Of a stretch of DNA of 64,000 nucleotides, positions 20,388 to 30,633 are shown one piece after another. Under the pieces are notes generated by a model. It was not told the origin of the DNA, searched no databases, and saw only the letters and a program-made list of their open reading frames with translations. Each line of letters starts with the position of its first letter. Within the stretch, counting starts at the first letter, position 1. Origin of the DNA: a virus. Made by a program: the position numbers and the translations under genes. The stretch covers positions 32,001 through 96,000 of IMG/VR virus record IMGVR_UViG_3300017917_001940, one strand, 5' to 3'.

Positions 20388-22439
20388 CTATTTGCTAGTT
20401 GCTCGGTATACTGAGTCCCAATCTGATGGTAGTTCAACATTTTTCATCTCCTCGCATCTTTCAATCCATATATCATAGTAGTGATCCATTGCACCTTCAA
20501 ATCGACCTTTAAGTTCACGACATTGTTTAATCGCTTGGTCAAACTTCTGTTTGCGGTACAGTGCCAACATAGCATCGTGTAACTGATGGTCGCCTGTGTC
20601 AGCGTTTATTTCATCCTTACGTCCTAGTACAGTATAGATATGTACTCCTTCTGTTTTGCCTTTAACAGCAATACAATCTAGTTCGAGTACATAGTATTCG
20701 TCTGCTACATATTCTGCCGTCTTCGGGCCCAATACGATTTTGACACCATACGGTTTACTTTGCCCTTCAAGACGCGATGCGAGATTGACGCTATCTCCAA
20801 GGCAAGTATAATCGAAACGCTGATCACTGCCCATATTCCCAACAACAACAATCCCGGTATTAATACCAAGACCCATTCCAAAAGGTGGAACACCTTCAGC
20901 AGTAATTTCTTTATTAAATTCATCTAAACTCCCTAACATTTCTAATCCTGTGCGTACAGCATGTTTGGCGTGGTCTGCATCTTTAATCGGTGCGTTCCAA
21001 AATGCCATTTGAGCATCACCAATATATTTGTCCAGTGTGCCGCGATTCTCTAAAATCTTTTTAGTCATGGCAGTCATGTAACGATTCATGATCTTGGTCA
21101 AGCCTTGTACATCTCTACCATAGTGTTCACTGATGCTGGTAAAGCCACGCACATCTGTAAACATAATAGTCAACTCTTGTTCCTCACCACCTAGGCGTAG
21201 TAAGTCTGGACTGCGCTGTAGTTGTGCTACTAGGTCTGGACTCAAGTATGTGCCAAATTGTTTCTTTATTTGTTGCTTTTGCAAGAACTCGCTGACGAAC
21301 TTGACACCGTATGCGTGGAGGGACACAATAAGAATTGCGCCAACAAAGGCAGTGACATCATATAGATACAAACCGTAGCGGTAAGCAAGATGACTACCAA
21401 CCACGGCAATAAGTGTTGTTCCCACAACTGTCGCCAATCCAACATAAACATACCTCGTTAAAAATAATAAACCTACACCTGCTAATAATATAGCAAGTAA
21501 CTCTACACCATCTGCGTAATCAGGACGTTTGATAGTTACACCATTAATCATTGTGCTGATAGCACTAGCTTGAAACTCTTGTGGCCACATAGCACCTTGA
21601 GCAGTTGGCACAGGATTACCCAACCCTGCGGCAGCCGGCCCTACAATAACAATAGCATTACCAAAGTCTTTGGGCAAGTTAGTTAAACTTACGCTCTTTG
21701 ATTTTTGACTTAGGTCAACCCACACACGACCTAGGTTATCTGTTGTGATAGGACCAAATGCTGGCACACGCATCTTCTCTACACCAAGTTCATTTAACTT
21801 AACTTGGAATGTATTGTCACCTGCGGCCACCCGCAAAGTTTCCATCGACAAACTTGGGTATAGTTTATCACCCACTGCTACGACCATTGGCAAGCGACGA
21901 TTAACACCATCTACTTCTGGTAGTGTGCCGACAATTCCCACGCCCACTGCACTTGCTTCTAGAGGGCGAATGTTGGCAATTAATCCTGGATATTGTACAA
22001 CTTGTCCTAAGTATTCTGCACCAATAACAGCCGACCCTGGTTGCTTAGGTGGGTTCTTAGTTTTCTCACTTGGAACACTTGGTAGAATGACTGGATATTG
22101 TTTAAGTGCGTTGGCTAATACAGCATCGCCGCCTGTGCGATCTGGCTCAGCCATAAGGACATTAAACACAACAAGACCAGCATTACGACGATACAAATCT
22201 TTAATGATTTCAGCATATTGATCCCTTGGTAAAGGCCATTGGCCATATCGGTCTAATGTTGCTTCATCTATATTAACTGTGTATATATTGTTTTCTGTAG
22301 GAGCCTTGCTGGTAATCAGTGTGTCAAAATATTTTAAACGAACTGATTCTACAAATGCGGGATCTGCTACTCGCACACATAACACCAGGGCTAATGTAAC
22401 CAACGCAGTCCATGGGTTAATTAGAAGTTTTTTAAGCAT
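20388..22439 (-). CDS. CHASE2-domain class III adenylate cyclase
   Basis: periplasmic CHASE2 (VNIDEATLDRYGQWPLPR), 3 TMs, MFTDVRGFT, DKYIGDA, DYTCLGDSVNLASRLE. Confidence 0.92.
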   Translation of the reverse strand: MLKKLLINPWTALVTLALVLCVRVADPAFVESVRLKYFDTLITSKAPTENNIYTVNIDEATLDRYGQWPLPRDQYAEIIKDLYRRNAGLVVFNVLMAEPDRTGGDAVLANALKQYPVILPSVPSEKTKNPPKQPGSAVIGAEYLGQVVQYPGLIANIRPLEASAVGVGIVGTLPEVDGVNRRLPMVVAVGDKLYPSLSMETLRVAAGDNTFQVKLNELGVEKMRVPAFGPITTDNLGRVWVDLSQKSKSVSLTNLPKDFGNAIVIVGPAAAGLGNPVPTAQGAMWPQEFQASAISTMINGVTIKRPDYADGVELLAILLAGVGLLFLTRYVYVGLATVVGTTLIAVVGSHLAYRYGLYLYDVTAFVGAILIVSLHAYGVKFVSEFLQKQQIKKQFGTYLSPDLVAQLQRSPDLLRLGGEEQELTIMFTDVRGFTSISEHYGRDVQGLTKIMNRYMTAMTKKILENRGTLDKYIGDAQMAFWNAPIKDADHAKHAVRTGLEMLGSLDEFNKEITAEGVPPFGMGLGINTGIVVVGNMGSDQRFDYTCLGDSVNLASRLEGQSKPYGVKIVLGPKTAEYVADEYYVLELDCIAVKGKTEGVHIYTVLGRKDEINADTGDHQLHDAMLALYRKQKFDQAIKQCRELKGRFEGAMDHYYDIWIERCEEMKNVELPSDWDSVYRATSK

Positions 22440-22446
22440 CTAATAT

Positions 22447-23760
22447 TTATTTACGGCTAGCTAGGTATCTGTTGTAGTATTTTCTGGCTTTGGATAGAAT
22501 GGCTATATTCTGCTCGAGTGTTAGTGGAGTAATACCTCGGGGAAAAAATTGATTATATAATTTTGGTATACCTGCTAATTTTTTTCTAATTGTTAGATAG
22601 ATTTCGCTTGTATTTGTATTTTCAAGAGTATTGAGCCCAGTTTTAAGATTCTCTCTTAATTCACCAGATACTAAGTTAAAGAATGCATCACTGAAAAAAT
22701 GTTGTTGATTATAGATAGCAATGGTTTTGAGTTGTTGCATCTTATACTGTCGTTCTTCTGATGTCCAATTTTTAATGGTTTTCATAACTTCAATTATTGC
22801 TTCTAATCGAGTGTAATGATCTTCAATTTTATCATAACTTTCATCAATGATACCATCAAATGTTTTAAACCCGTAGCTGTGCAAATATTCTAGAGACCTT
22901 GGAGTACCAGCAAGTATAAACGGTTGTTGGCAAGCAATTGGACGCAATACCTTCTCTGTTAAGTGATTTCTTGGATCTTGAAATAATGTTTCAAGTACAA
23001 TTTCAAAGTTAGTCGACTTATAATCCTCTACATCAAAATCAGCACTATAACAACTAGTGGTGAGGTTTTCTTGAAAATGTTTCTCGAGTTGATTATTTGG
23101 TTTCCATTGTTTATTGATGAATTTGTAATTTGTGTAATGGGTATTGTTATCTGTAAACCCAATGGACGTTTGACATTCGTTAATTAGGTTGTGTTCTATT
23201 AGTAAGTCGGCAAACTTTAATCGATATTCTCTTGTTCCACTCCAAGCCCGGTTGTAAACTAAAAACAGTTTGGTATTATCGTGCTTTCTAAAGTCAACAT
23301 GTTGAGCATATCTAAACCAGTCTCGAGAAATTAATGCATGACTCCAATAATATATCGGAATAAAATTCATTCTTTTATATACGTCAACTTGTGGGGAATT
23401 TCTTTCGCTATGTAACAATAAACATAAATCGTAAATATTTCCAGGGAAGTACCGAAGATTTCTCATCAATGTTGGAGCATTGTTTTCGGTAAAAATTTTA
23501 CACACAAACTCGTTTTCTCCTAACTTTGGATTTAATGTTGGTTTTTGATCTTGATAAAGTTGATAATTTAACGGTTCTTGGTCGTTACAGTATAATTCAG
23601 CAGTTGTCAATTGAGTTACCTCATCGACAATTTTTAATAATGTTAAATCTTCTATTTTTTTACTCCCATGGGGCAAAAAACGATAAATTAGTACATCGCC
23701 GTAAACATCTTGGGCGACACTTTCAATATAGTGATACAATCTATCTAAAGGAATACTCAT
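22447..23760 (-). CDS. glycosyltransferase-like protein (ET..TEK..RPI..PF family, paralog 1)
   Basis: LETLF...LTEKVLRPIACQQPFILAG; start reassigned to MSIPLD. Confidence 0.6.
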   Translation of the reverse strand: MSIPLDRLYHYIESVAQDVYGDVLIYRFLPHGSKKIEDLTLLKIVDEVTQLTTAELYCNDQEPLNYQLYQDQKPTLNPKLGENEFVCKIFTENNAPTLMRNLRYFPGNIYDLCLLLHSERNSPQVDVYKRMNFIPIYYWSHALISRDWFRYAQHVDFRKHDNTKLFLVYNRAWSGTREYRLKFADLLIEHNLINECQTSIGFTDNNTHYTNYKFINKQWKPNNQLEKHFQENLTTSCYSADFDVEDYKSTNFEIVLETLFQDPRNHLTEKVLRPIACQQPFILAGTPRSLEYLHSYGFKTFDGIIDESYDKIEDHYTRLEAIIEVMKTIKNWTSEERQYKMQQLKTIAIYNQQHFFSDAFFNLVSGELRENLKTGLNTLENTNTSEIYLTIRKKLAGIPKLYNQFFPRGITPLTLEQNIAILSKARKYYNRYLASRK

Positions 23761-25006
23761 GAAAAATATTGGTTTTATTGGATTAGGAAAATTAGGCCTT
23801 GACTGCGCCGAAGTTATGGCTGAAAAACACACAGTACGGGGTTATGATATTTACCCACGTACAAGTGATGCGGTAAAAGTTTGCTCCATTGAAGAAACAG
23901 TGAACGAAAGCGAATGGATCTTTATCGCAGTTCCTACTCCACACGAAGAAGGTTATGATGGTAGTGTGCCTAGCTCACACATGACTCCAAAGGACTTTGG
24001 GCATGATGCTGTTAAGGATGCTATCCAGAAGGTAAACCAATATGCTACAAGTCCTAAAAAAGTTGTGTTAATTAGTACAGTACTACCGGGCACAACTCGC
24101 AGGCACTTTATTACGTTACTAGACAAAAAGCATCAGTTCTTATACAACCCATATTTGATTGCCATGGGCAGTGTTAAGTGGGACATGGTTAATCCAGAAA
24201 TGATCATGATTGGTACAGAAGATGGTAACCCAAACACCTTAGCTGGTGAGTTGATTGACATTTACAAAACAATCATGCAAAACAATCCACGCTATGAAAT
24301 TGGCACATGGGATGAATGTGAAGCAATCAAGATTTTCTATAACACATTTATTTCGGCTAAAGTTGGCTTGGCCAACATGATCCAAGACTTTGCTCTTAAA
24401 ATTGGCAACATCAACGTTGACGTAGTTACCAATGCATTGGCCCGTAGTACCATGCGTATTATGGGTCCTAAGTATATGACAGCAGGTATGGGAGATGCAG
24501 GTGCTTGCCACCCACGTGATAATATTGCCTTGCGTTGGTTAGCACAAGAATACGAAGTAGGCTACGACTTGTTCGACACTATCATGCATGCTCGCGAAAT
24601 CCAAGCAAAGAACTTGGCACTATTCTTAGTTGATCAAGCCAAGAAATCTAACTTGCCTATTGCTATTCACGGTAAAGCATACAAGCCCGACGTTCCGTAC
24701 TGTATTGGAAGTTATTCAACATTAGTTGGTTATTATGTTGAAGAGGCAGGATTGCCTGTTGTTTACGTAGATCCATTAGCTGACGATGCTACTAAAGTTG
24801 TTGCTAGTGTGGATACACCAGCAGTTTATTTGTGGGCACACAATCGTAAAGTAACCTACGAATACACAGGTGATCAAGAAGCAACTAAACCATATTGTGA
24901 AATCAAGCCAGGTTCAGTTATCGTAGATCCATGGCGTCAATTGCCATTAGACATGGCAGATATTAAGGTTGTACACTATGGTAACACACGCAATAGCCAA
25001 GTATAA
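23759..25006 (+). CDS. UDP-glucose/GDP-mannose dehydrogenase family protein
   Basis: GFIGLGKLG, AVPTP, STVLPG, KIFYNTF, GAC(H)PRD. Confidence 0.9.
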   Translation: MKNIGFIGLGKLGLDCAEVMAEKHTVRGYDIYPRTSDAVKVCSIEETVNESEWIFIAVPTPHEEGYDGSVPSSHMTPKDFGHDAVKDAIQKVNQYATSPKKVVLISTVLPGTTRRHFITLLDKKHQFLYNPYLIAMGSVKWDMVNPEMIMIGTEDGNPNTLAGELIDIYKTIMQNNPRYEIGTWDECEAIKIFYNTFISAKVGLANMIQDFALKIGNINVDVVTNALARSTMRIMGPKYMTAGMGDAGACHPRDNIALRWLAQEYEVGYDLFDTIMHAREIQAKNLALFLVDQAKKSNLPIAIHGKAYKPDVPYCIGSYSTLVGYYVEEAGLPVVYVDPLADDATKVVASVDTPAVYLWAHNRKVTYEYTGDQEATKPYCEIKPGSVIVDPWRQLPLDMADIKVVHYGNTRNSQV

Positions 25007-25496
25007 TCTTGACGTCTTTTGGGACGACGAATACAAACATTTAGACTATATTCAAGAACCATTCAACGATCCTGATGATGTAGCTCGATGGATCGAACAA
25101 GGTTACCACACTAAGATATGTGGTGATCTTGCTGACATGCGTGGACGTCAACCCAGTTGGAATCACAAGTTTGTTGAACATTTTGAACGCATGGGTTGGA
25201 AAAACATTGGTACAGCATACTATCGCATGACATCAGGTACAGTCATGCCGGTACACAGTGATCGTTATGTAAAGTATATTGACTTGTTTAATCTTCAAGG
25301 GCGCGAGAATCGTATTCGCCGAGCTTTAGTTTTACTAGAAGATTGGCGTTCGGGTCACTATCTTGAAGTGATGGACATTCCATTTGTCAAATGGTCGGCT
25401 GGACAAGTAGTTGAATGGAATTACGATACTCCACACATGGCCGCCAACATTGGACTAGAAGATCGATATACACTACAAATAACAGGGTGGGCATGA
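24978..25496 (+). CDS. Fe(II)/2OG-oxygenase-like (double-stranded beta-helix) protein
   Basis: PVHSD...PHMAAN...RYTLQITG facial triad. Confidence 0.7.
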   Translation: MVTHAIAKYNLDVFWDDEYKHLDYIQEPFNDPDDVARWIEQGYHTKICGDLADMRGRQPSWNHKFVEHFERMGWKNIGTAYYRMTSGTVMPVHSDRYVKYIDLFNLQGRENRIRRALVLLEDWRSGHYLEVMDIPFVKWSAGQVVEWNYDTPHMAANIGLEDRYTLQITGWA

Positions 25497-26407
25497 TAGA
25501 TAGTCGTAACGAATGGGATCCATTAGAAGAAATTATTATTGGTCGTGCTGACTATGCTAACTGGCCCAGTGACGATCCTGTGTTTGCACAAGAAGCAGAA
25601 AAAACAGCCTGGAAAGATTCTCCCGTTCCTGGTGGTCCTGTGCCACAGTGGATTATAGATGAAGCCAACGAAGATTTAGATGCACTAGCCGATGTATGTC
25701 GCAAGTATGGTGCTGTAGTTTATCGTCCACAGCCCTACAATTATGTTGAACGTCAAGGTATGTATGGTTATTGCCCACGTGATCGTGTGTTAGTTGCTGG
25801 CAAACAAATAGTTGATGTTTCAATGATGTATCCCTGTCGTAATCAAGAGATTGGAGCACTGGAACATGCCTGGGTAGGACATCAAACACTGCGCATGCCT
25901 AAAACTTCTGAGTTTGTTTGTGATGCCGCAAACATCGCTCGCCTGGGCGACACATGGTTATTCCTTGAAAGTTGGTCTGGTAACCGCAGAGCATACGAGT
26001 GGTTGTGTGAACAGTTTCCTAACATAAACATCGAATTGGTAAATTTCTATGCTGGTGTACACATAGATAGCACAGTAATACCCTTGCGTGAGGGTTTGGT
26101 CCTGCTCAATGGTGCTAGAGTCAACGATGATACTTGCCCAAAAGCATTCAAAGATTGGGAAAAGATATACGCACATGATGTAGTGCCTCAGGGCTTTTAC
26201 AATTATCCCTATGCCAGTAAATGGATTGCCTTAAATATGCTAGTATTAGATCCACACACGGTTATTGTTGATCGGCATCAAAAAACGCTAATTAATATAC
26301 TGGAGAAATATAAGTTTACAGTTATACCTTTGGAACTGCGCCACAGCCGTACATTAGGGGGTGGATTCCATTGTGTTACATTAGATACACGGAGACGTCA
26401 TGCTTGA
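25493..26407 (+). CDS. amidinotransferase (glycine/inosamine-phosphate amidinotransferase family)
   Basis: NEWDPLEEIIIG, CPRD, HIDST, GGGFHCVT. Confidence 0.9.
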   Translation: MIDSRNEWDPLEEIIIGRADYANWPSDDPVFAQEAEKTAWKDSPVPGGPVPQWIIDEANEDLDALADVCRKYGAVVYRPQPYNYVERQGMYGYCPRDRVLVAGKQIVDVSMMYPCRNQEIGALEHAWVGHQTLRMPKTSEFVCDAANIARLGDTWLFLESWSGNRRAYEWLCEQFPNINIELVNFYAGVHIDSTVIPLREGLVLLNGARVNDDTCPKAFKDWEKIYAHDVVPQGFYNYPYASKWIALNMLVLDPHTVIVDRHQKTLINILEKYKFTVIPLELRHSRTLGGGFHCVTLDTRRRHA

Positions 26408-27677
26408 TCCACAAGTAGTAACAAAATTAGTTGAACAACATATTGCTGACTCAGTTGATGGTCAAGTGACTGACCTCTTTTCCAAAGAAGAATGGTTAAA
26501 CCCAATTGAGGACAAGATTGTTCGATTTACACAAGATACTATCTTAAGAAAATTTGCTAATTCTAGCTCAATGCCTGAAATTATTGAAGCAGTTAAAAAG
26601 AGTGTTGAGAAGATGTTTGCAGATGGATACATTCCTGGAATTGAAAATTTTGTAGATTCTCAAATTATCAAAAAAGCCACCGATGAATCTATCAGTGAAA
26701 TTGTAAAAAAATCAATATCTAGACTAGAAAAAGATCCACAATGGATTAAAAACGTCGAAGGAATGATTAACCAGGTTGTAGTTAATCGTGTGTTAAGTGC
26801 AATGAGCACTGTCGATGTTAGTGCAGTAATCAATCGTCGTGTCGACGAAAGACTTAATAAACTTAAAGATGAGATTGTCGAAAGGACCACACTTAAGGGC
26901 ATTCAAAATGCCGCTGGACAAGTAGAGCTCACAGTGTTGGATCAACACGTTGTTGTGGAAAATCAGTTCACCACTAAAAATCTTGAAGTGGTTGACACCG
27001 CAGTAGTTAACAATCTTAACATCACCGGAGATGTGAATATTTCTGGCCCTAGTTGGAAAAATGTTAGAATAGAAGTGGCAAAAGACGCAGTTAATTTATT
27101 AACTGATGCTTGGAAGGATCAACTGATAAAGGACTTATCTGCAGAAATTAAAACTAACGGCATTAACTTTGAAAGTGTGATGATAGATAATATTCCATTG
27201 GTTGCCGACGGCAAATTGTCAGATGCGATTGTGTCTAGTAGTATTCAAGAACTTGGAACCCTGAAAAAATTAAAAGTCAGCGGAGAATCTCACATCTATG
27301 ATACATTTAGTGTGGTAAACAAACGTGTAGGTATTAACACTCCTGAGCCCGAAATGGCACTGGGATTATGGGACGAAGAAGTTAGTGTTGTAATTGGTAA
27401 ACTTAAAAACAAGACCGGTTATATTGGCACCGGTCGAGCACAAAATTTGGCTATTGGTGTTAACAAAGATGCCGCAATAGAGATTGATTCTACAGGATTA
27501 ACTGTAGTTAAAAAGTTACAAGTGGGTGTAAATCGAATTGGTTACGACAAACAAGTTCCCGGTTGGTCTGGATCAAAAGGAGACATTGTTTTTAATAATA
27601 ATATAAACAATGAAAATAATGTATTTGCTTGGATATGCCTCGGCGAATACAAATGGAAATCGCTTAGAAGTATATGA
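26400..27677 (+). CDS. putative structural/fibre-like protein
   Basis: helical N-terminus, beta-rich C-terminus with RVGINTPEP repeat-type motif. Confidence 0.5.
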   Translation: MLDPQVVTKLVEQHIADSVDGQVTDLFSKEEWLNPIEDKIVRFTQDTILRKFANSSSMPEIIEAVKKSVEKMFADGYIPGIENFVDSQIIKKATDESISEIVKKSISRLEKDPQWIKNVEGMINQVVVNRVLSAMSTVDVSAVINRRVDERLNKLKDEIVERTTLKGIQNAAGQVELTVLDQHVVVENQFTTKNLEVVDTAVVNNLNITGDVNISGPSWKNVRIEVAKDAVNLLTDAWKDQLIKDLSAEIKTNGINFESVMIDNIPLVADGKLSDAIVSSSIQELGTLKKLKVSGESHIYDTFSVVNKRVGINTPEPEMALGLWDEEVSVVIGKLKNKTGYIGTGRAQNLAIGVNKDAAIEIDSTGLTVVKKLQVGVNRIGYDKQVPGWSGSKGDIVFNNNINNENNVFAWICLGEYKWKSLRSI

Positions 27678-28219
27678 GAATAAGTTGGGTTTTAGCCAAT
27701 CAAACACATCTCGATCCCACCGTTGATATCAGTCAACTTAAAGATATTGGTAGTATCTGGGGAGGTTGGCAAACCTGGAGATCATATCAAACCGATAATG
27801 TAATTTGTTATGATCCGACGAAAGCAGCCGAACTCTTAAAAAGAAACTTTCAACAGAAATGTAATTTCTACCTACCTAATAATCAGTATCAATTTTTGGG
27901 CCGCCCGGAAGGTGTGCGATTGTTTGAAGGAGAAATTAAACACGAAGTAGATAATGTTGATGATTTAGTTAGCTTAAATTTAGCCAGTACTGTAAGCGAT
28001 GTTATTGCTATATTAGGGTTTAACTTAGAGGAATTAGAGGAAACACCCGACAGATTGGCACACCATAAGAAATTTAATTACCAAAACCTTATCTATCGCA
28101 CTATTGAAGATAATCCAGAAGTACAGTGGGTTATTGTGGATCATCCGGGACCACTGGCTAAAATTTTTGGTAAACTTACCAATTTAACCCAAGATACTTT
28201 AGATAACATATTGGGTTGA
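27674..28219 (+). CDS. hypothetical protein
   Basis: ORF, ATGA overlap. Confidence 0.7.
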   Translation: MRISWVLANQTHLDPTVDISQLKDIGSIWGGWQTWRSYQTDNVICYDPTKAAELLKRNFQQKCNFYLPNNQYQFLGRPEGVRLFEGEIKHEVDNVDDLVSLNLASTVSDVIAILGFNLEELEETPDRLAHHKKFNYQNLIYRTIEDNPEVQWVIVDHPGPLAKIFGKLTNLTQDTLDNILG

Positions 28220-28250
28220 CGCATAAGTCAACTAGCTATATAATGCTAAC

Positions 28251-29312
28251 ATGACTACTTCTATTACACCTCGTATTGGCTTTTGTTGCAAATGGATCGA
28301 TCGTCCAGATCAAGTTGATGGCATCAAGCCTCTTGACGAAGCCAAACAATACAACACCGGTACCACTACTGTGGCCTGGCTCAAACGACAAACTAAAGAA
28401 GTAGCTGAACAGCGACTATGGGACCTAATGGTACAGAACATTGAGTCCACACGCAAATTAGTAGAAAGAGTAGGTACCTTAGATGAACGTTTACGAATGG
28501 TTCGTATCAGCAGTGACATTCTCCCCGTTTACACCCAGCCTGATTTTAGTTATTTTTGGCGCCTTCCTGATGTTCGTGCCTATTCCGAAAAGCATTTCGG
28601 AGACGTTGGTGTTTTGGCTCGTAATGGGGGCGTTCGCCTTAGCTATCATCCTGGCCAGTTCTGTGTTCTTGCATCCGCTGATGACGGCATCGTCGAACGC
28701 AGTATAGAAGAATTTGAGTATCATGCTGATATGGCTCGTTGGATGGGCTATGGAAAATCATGGCATGATCATGGATTTAAGATAAATGTACATTTAAGTG
28801 GTCGCGGTGGTGCCACTAAGTTCCTAGAGACATTGGGTCGCCTCAGTCCAGAGGCTAGGAATCTAATTACCGTCGAGAATGATGAGATGGCAAATGGTTT
28901 GGACGTTACTTTGGCTGTGGCTGAGCATGTGGCTCTGGTATTGGATATACATCACCACTGGGTCAACTCAGGTGAATACATTTCTCCGCAAGACAGTCGT
29001 ACGCGGCGGGTTATTGACAGCTGGCGCGGTACCCGTCCTGTACTTCACTATTCAGTTAGCCGTGAAGATATTCTTGTGGACCATTGCACCCGAACTAGAC
29101 CAGATCATGCCCAGCTCTTGGCAAGTGGTTACACTAAACAGAAACTTAGAGCCCATAGTGACTTTATGTGGAATGACGCAGTTAATGACTGGGCTTTAGA
29201 ATTTTTGCCAAACTTTGACATTCAGGTTGAGTGTAAATCAAAAAATCTAGGAGCTCAAAAGTTGTTTGAGTTCTGGAAAGATCGACAAAATTCTATGCTT
29301 GCCGGTTTTTAA
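28251..29312 (+). CDS. uvsE: UV-damage endonuclease UvsE/UVDE
   Basis: RIGFCCK, MVRISSD, RLSYHPGQF, VENDE, LDIHHH, HSD, ECKSK. Confidence 0.92.
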   Translation: MTTSITPRIGFCCKWIDRPDQVDGIKPLDEAKQYNTGTTTVAWLKRQTKEVAEQRLWDLMVQNIESTRKLVERVGTLDERLRMVRISSDILPVYTQPDFSYFWRLPDVRAYSEKHFGDVGVLARNGGVRLSYHPGQFCVLASADDGIVERSIEEFEYHADMARWMGYGKSWHDHGFKINVHLSGRGGATKFLETLGRLSPEARNLITVENDEMANGLDVTLAVAEHVALVLDIHHHWVNSGEYISPQDSRTRRVIDSWRGTRPVLHYSVSREDILVDHCTRTRPDHAQLLASGYTKQKLRAHSDFMWNDAVNDWALEFLPNFDIQVECKSKNLGAQKLFEFWKDRQNSMLAGF

Positions 29313-29951
29313 TTTTTTAATAGTAGCATAATCGGCTTTGATGTCTTTTTGAATTTCGGTAATAGTAAGATTGCGGTTTAATAATTCGAGTATAGTTTTA
29401 TATTTGTTATAGTTTGCAGTATATCTAATCTTCCATGTCTTTTCCGCTCGACTTTTGAGAATTTCAGGATTGTCTATGCACCACTGCTTGGTTGATTGTC
29501 TTTGCTTTTCTATCACTTCAAGTGGTCGAGTTCGACCCGACAACGCCAGAGAAACTTTAGGATTTGGTCTGCCTCTTGTTGTAGAAGCCTGATTCTCAGT
29601 ATGTTCGGGCGTTCTTGAAGGTTTCTTTTTACCTAATTGTTGTTTTCGAAATAGTTCTTTTCTTTCTGGAGTATGATTACCACCTCCGCCGGTTTCTGGA
29701 ATACGATTTGCCCATCCACAATCTTCAACAACATTCCATAATTTACTATAATATCTCCCCCAGTGAGATAGTTCTTCGTTTGAATGGCATTCTCTTAAAA
29801 TCTCAGTATCATAATATGGACCGTGTTCAGCCAGGTGTTGCCTCCATAATAACCCAGAACCTTTGTATTTGTGAGGATCGGTAGATGATGTTTTACCTAG
29901 ATATTTGAATCCAGTTTTTTTGTGTGTTTTAATATACAAGTAAATAAGCAT
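29247..29951 (-). mobile_element. free-standing GIY-YIG homing endonuclease
   Basis: IYLYIKTHKKTGFKYLGKT..YKGSG, NRIPETGGG, basic DNA-binding repeats. Confidence 0.85.
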
Positions 29952-30017
29952 GCTGACATGGTCCTTTCATGTTAGAGTAGTTGGGAGTTCCTGCTCCGCG
30001 AACTACACTTTTATTTA
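29952..30017 (-). promoter_or_regulatory. structured leader of homing endonuclease gene (copy 1)
   Basis: TAAATA + two hairpins, RBS in second hairpin; same design as 48059-48125. Confidence 0.7.
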
Positions 30018-30025
30018 GTTAAAAA

Positions 30026-30307
30026 ATGATTGAAAATATTTTTGGGTGGATTGCACGAGATTATCGTGAACATCCTGTTCGTTGTGTAGCAGAAATATTA
30101 GGTTGGGCAATGAGTGTGGGTGCCAACATTATGTTTATGTTGACTGTGCCAGCTGTGCCCTTCGTTTGGTTTTTAACATTAACTGTATCAAGCAGTGCCA
30201 TCTTTGCCTGGGCACTGTGGACTAGAAATAGTCTAGGTGGTTTGGCCAACTATGCCTTCCTGGTTACAGTAGACACAGTGGCCTTGATCAAACTATTGTT
30301 ATTTTGA
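30026..30307 (+). CDS. small multi-pass membrane protein
   Basis: three hydrophobic helices. Confidence 0.7.
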   Translation: MIENIFGWIARDYREHPVRCVAEILGWAMSVGANIMFMLTVPAVPFVWFLTLTVSSSAIFAWALWTRNSLGGLANYAFLVTVDTVALIKLLLF

Positions 30308-30580
30308 TTTTTTTGGTGCTGACTTCTTAGCAGGTGCCTTTTTAGCAGTGGCTTTGGCTGGTGCTTTTTTACCCTTGTTAGACTTGGCTTTGACTGCTGG
30401 TTTCATTTCTTTAACAGGAAATGATTTTTCAGCTTCTACTTGAGCACGCATTTCTTCGTGGAACTCTAACCCTTTTTTAGGTTGTTCTAATGCTGTAACA
30501 TAATCTGTGTTAAAAGCAGGTTTGCCCACTGGTGCTTGAGCTTCGGTTTTACCAAAAAGTTTCTTAATAAAGTTTAACAT
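30299..30580 (-). CDS. protein with Lys/Ala/Pro-rich histone-H1-like tail
   Basis: KKAPAKATAKKAPAKKSAPKKSK. Confidence 0.7.
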   Translation of the reverse strand: MLNFIKKLFGKTEAQAPVGKPAFNTDYVTALEQPKKGLEFHEEMRAQVEAEKSFPVKEMKPAVKAKSNKGKKAPAKATAKKAPAKKSAPKKSK

Positions 30581-30633
30581 ATAAATCTCCTCGCATTTAT
30601 TTAACCCAATATAATAGATACTGGCAAAAATAC

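Noticed and set aside
20388-22439. Guanylate or Pycsar-type pyrimidine cyclase
   Set aside because: Lys in DKYIGD and Thr in DYT fit adenylyl specificity, and CHASE2-TM architecture is that of sensor cyclases rather than PycC
29247-29951. Homing endonucleases as group I intron-encoded ORFs (also 47507-48058)
   Set aside because: Flanking genes are uninterrupted, no P/Q/R/S intron core seen, and each has its own promoter leader, so they are free-standing
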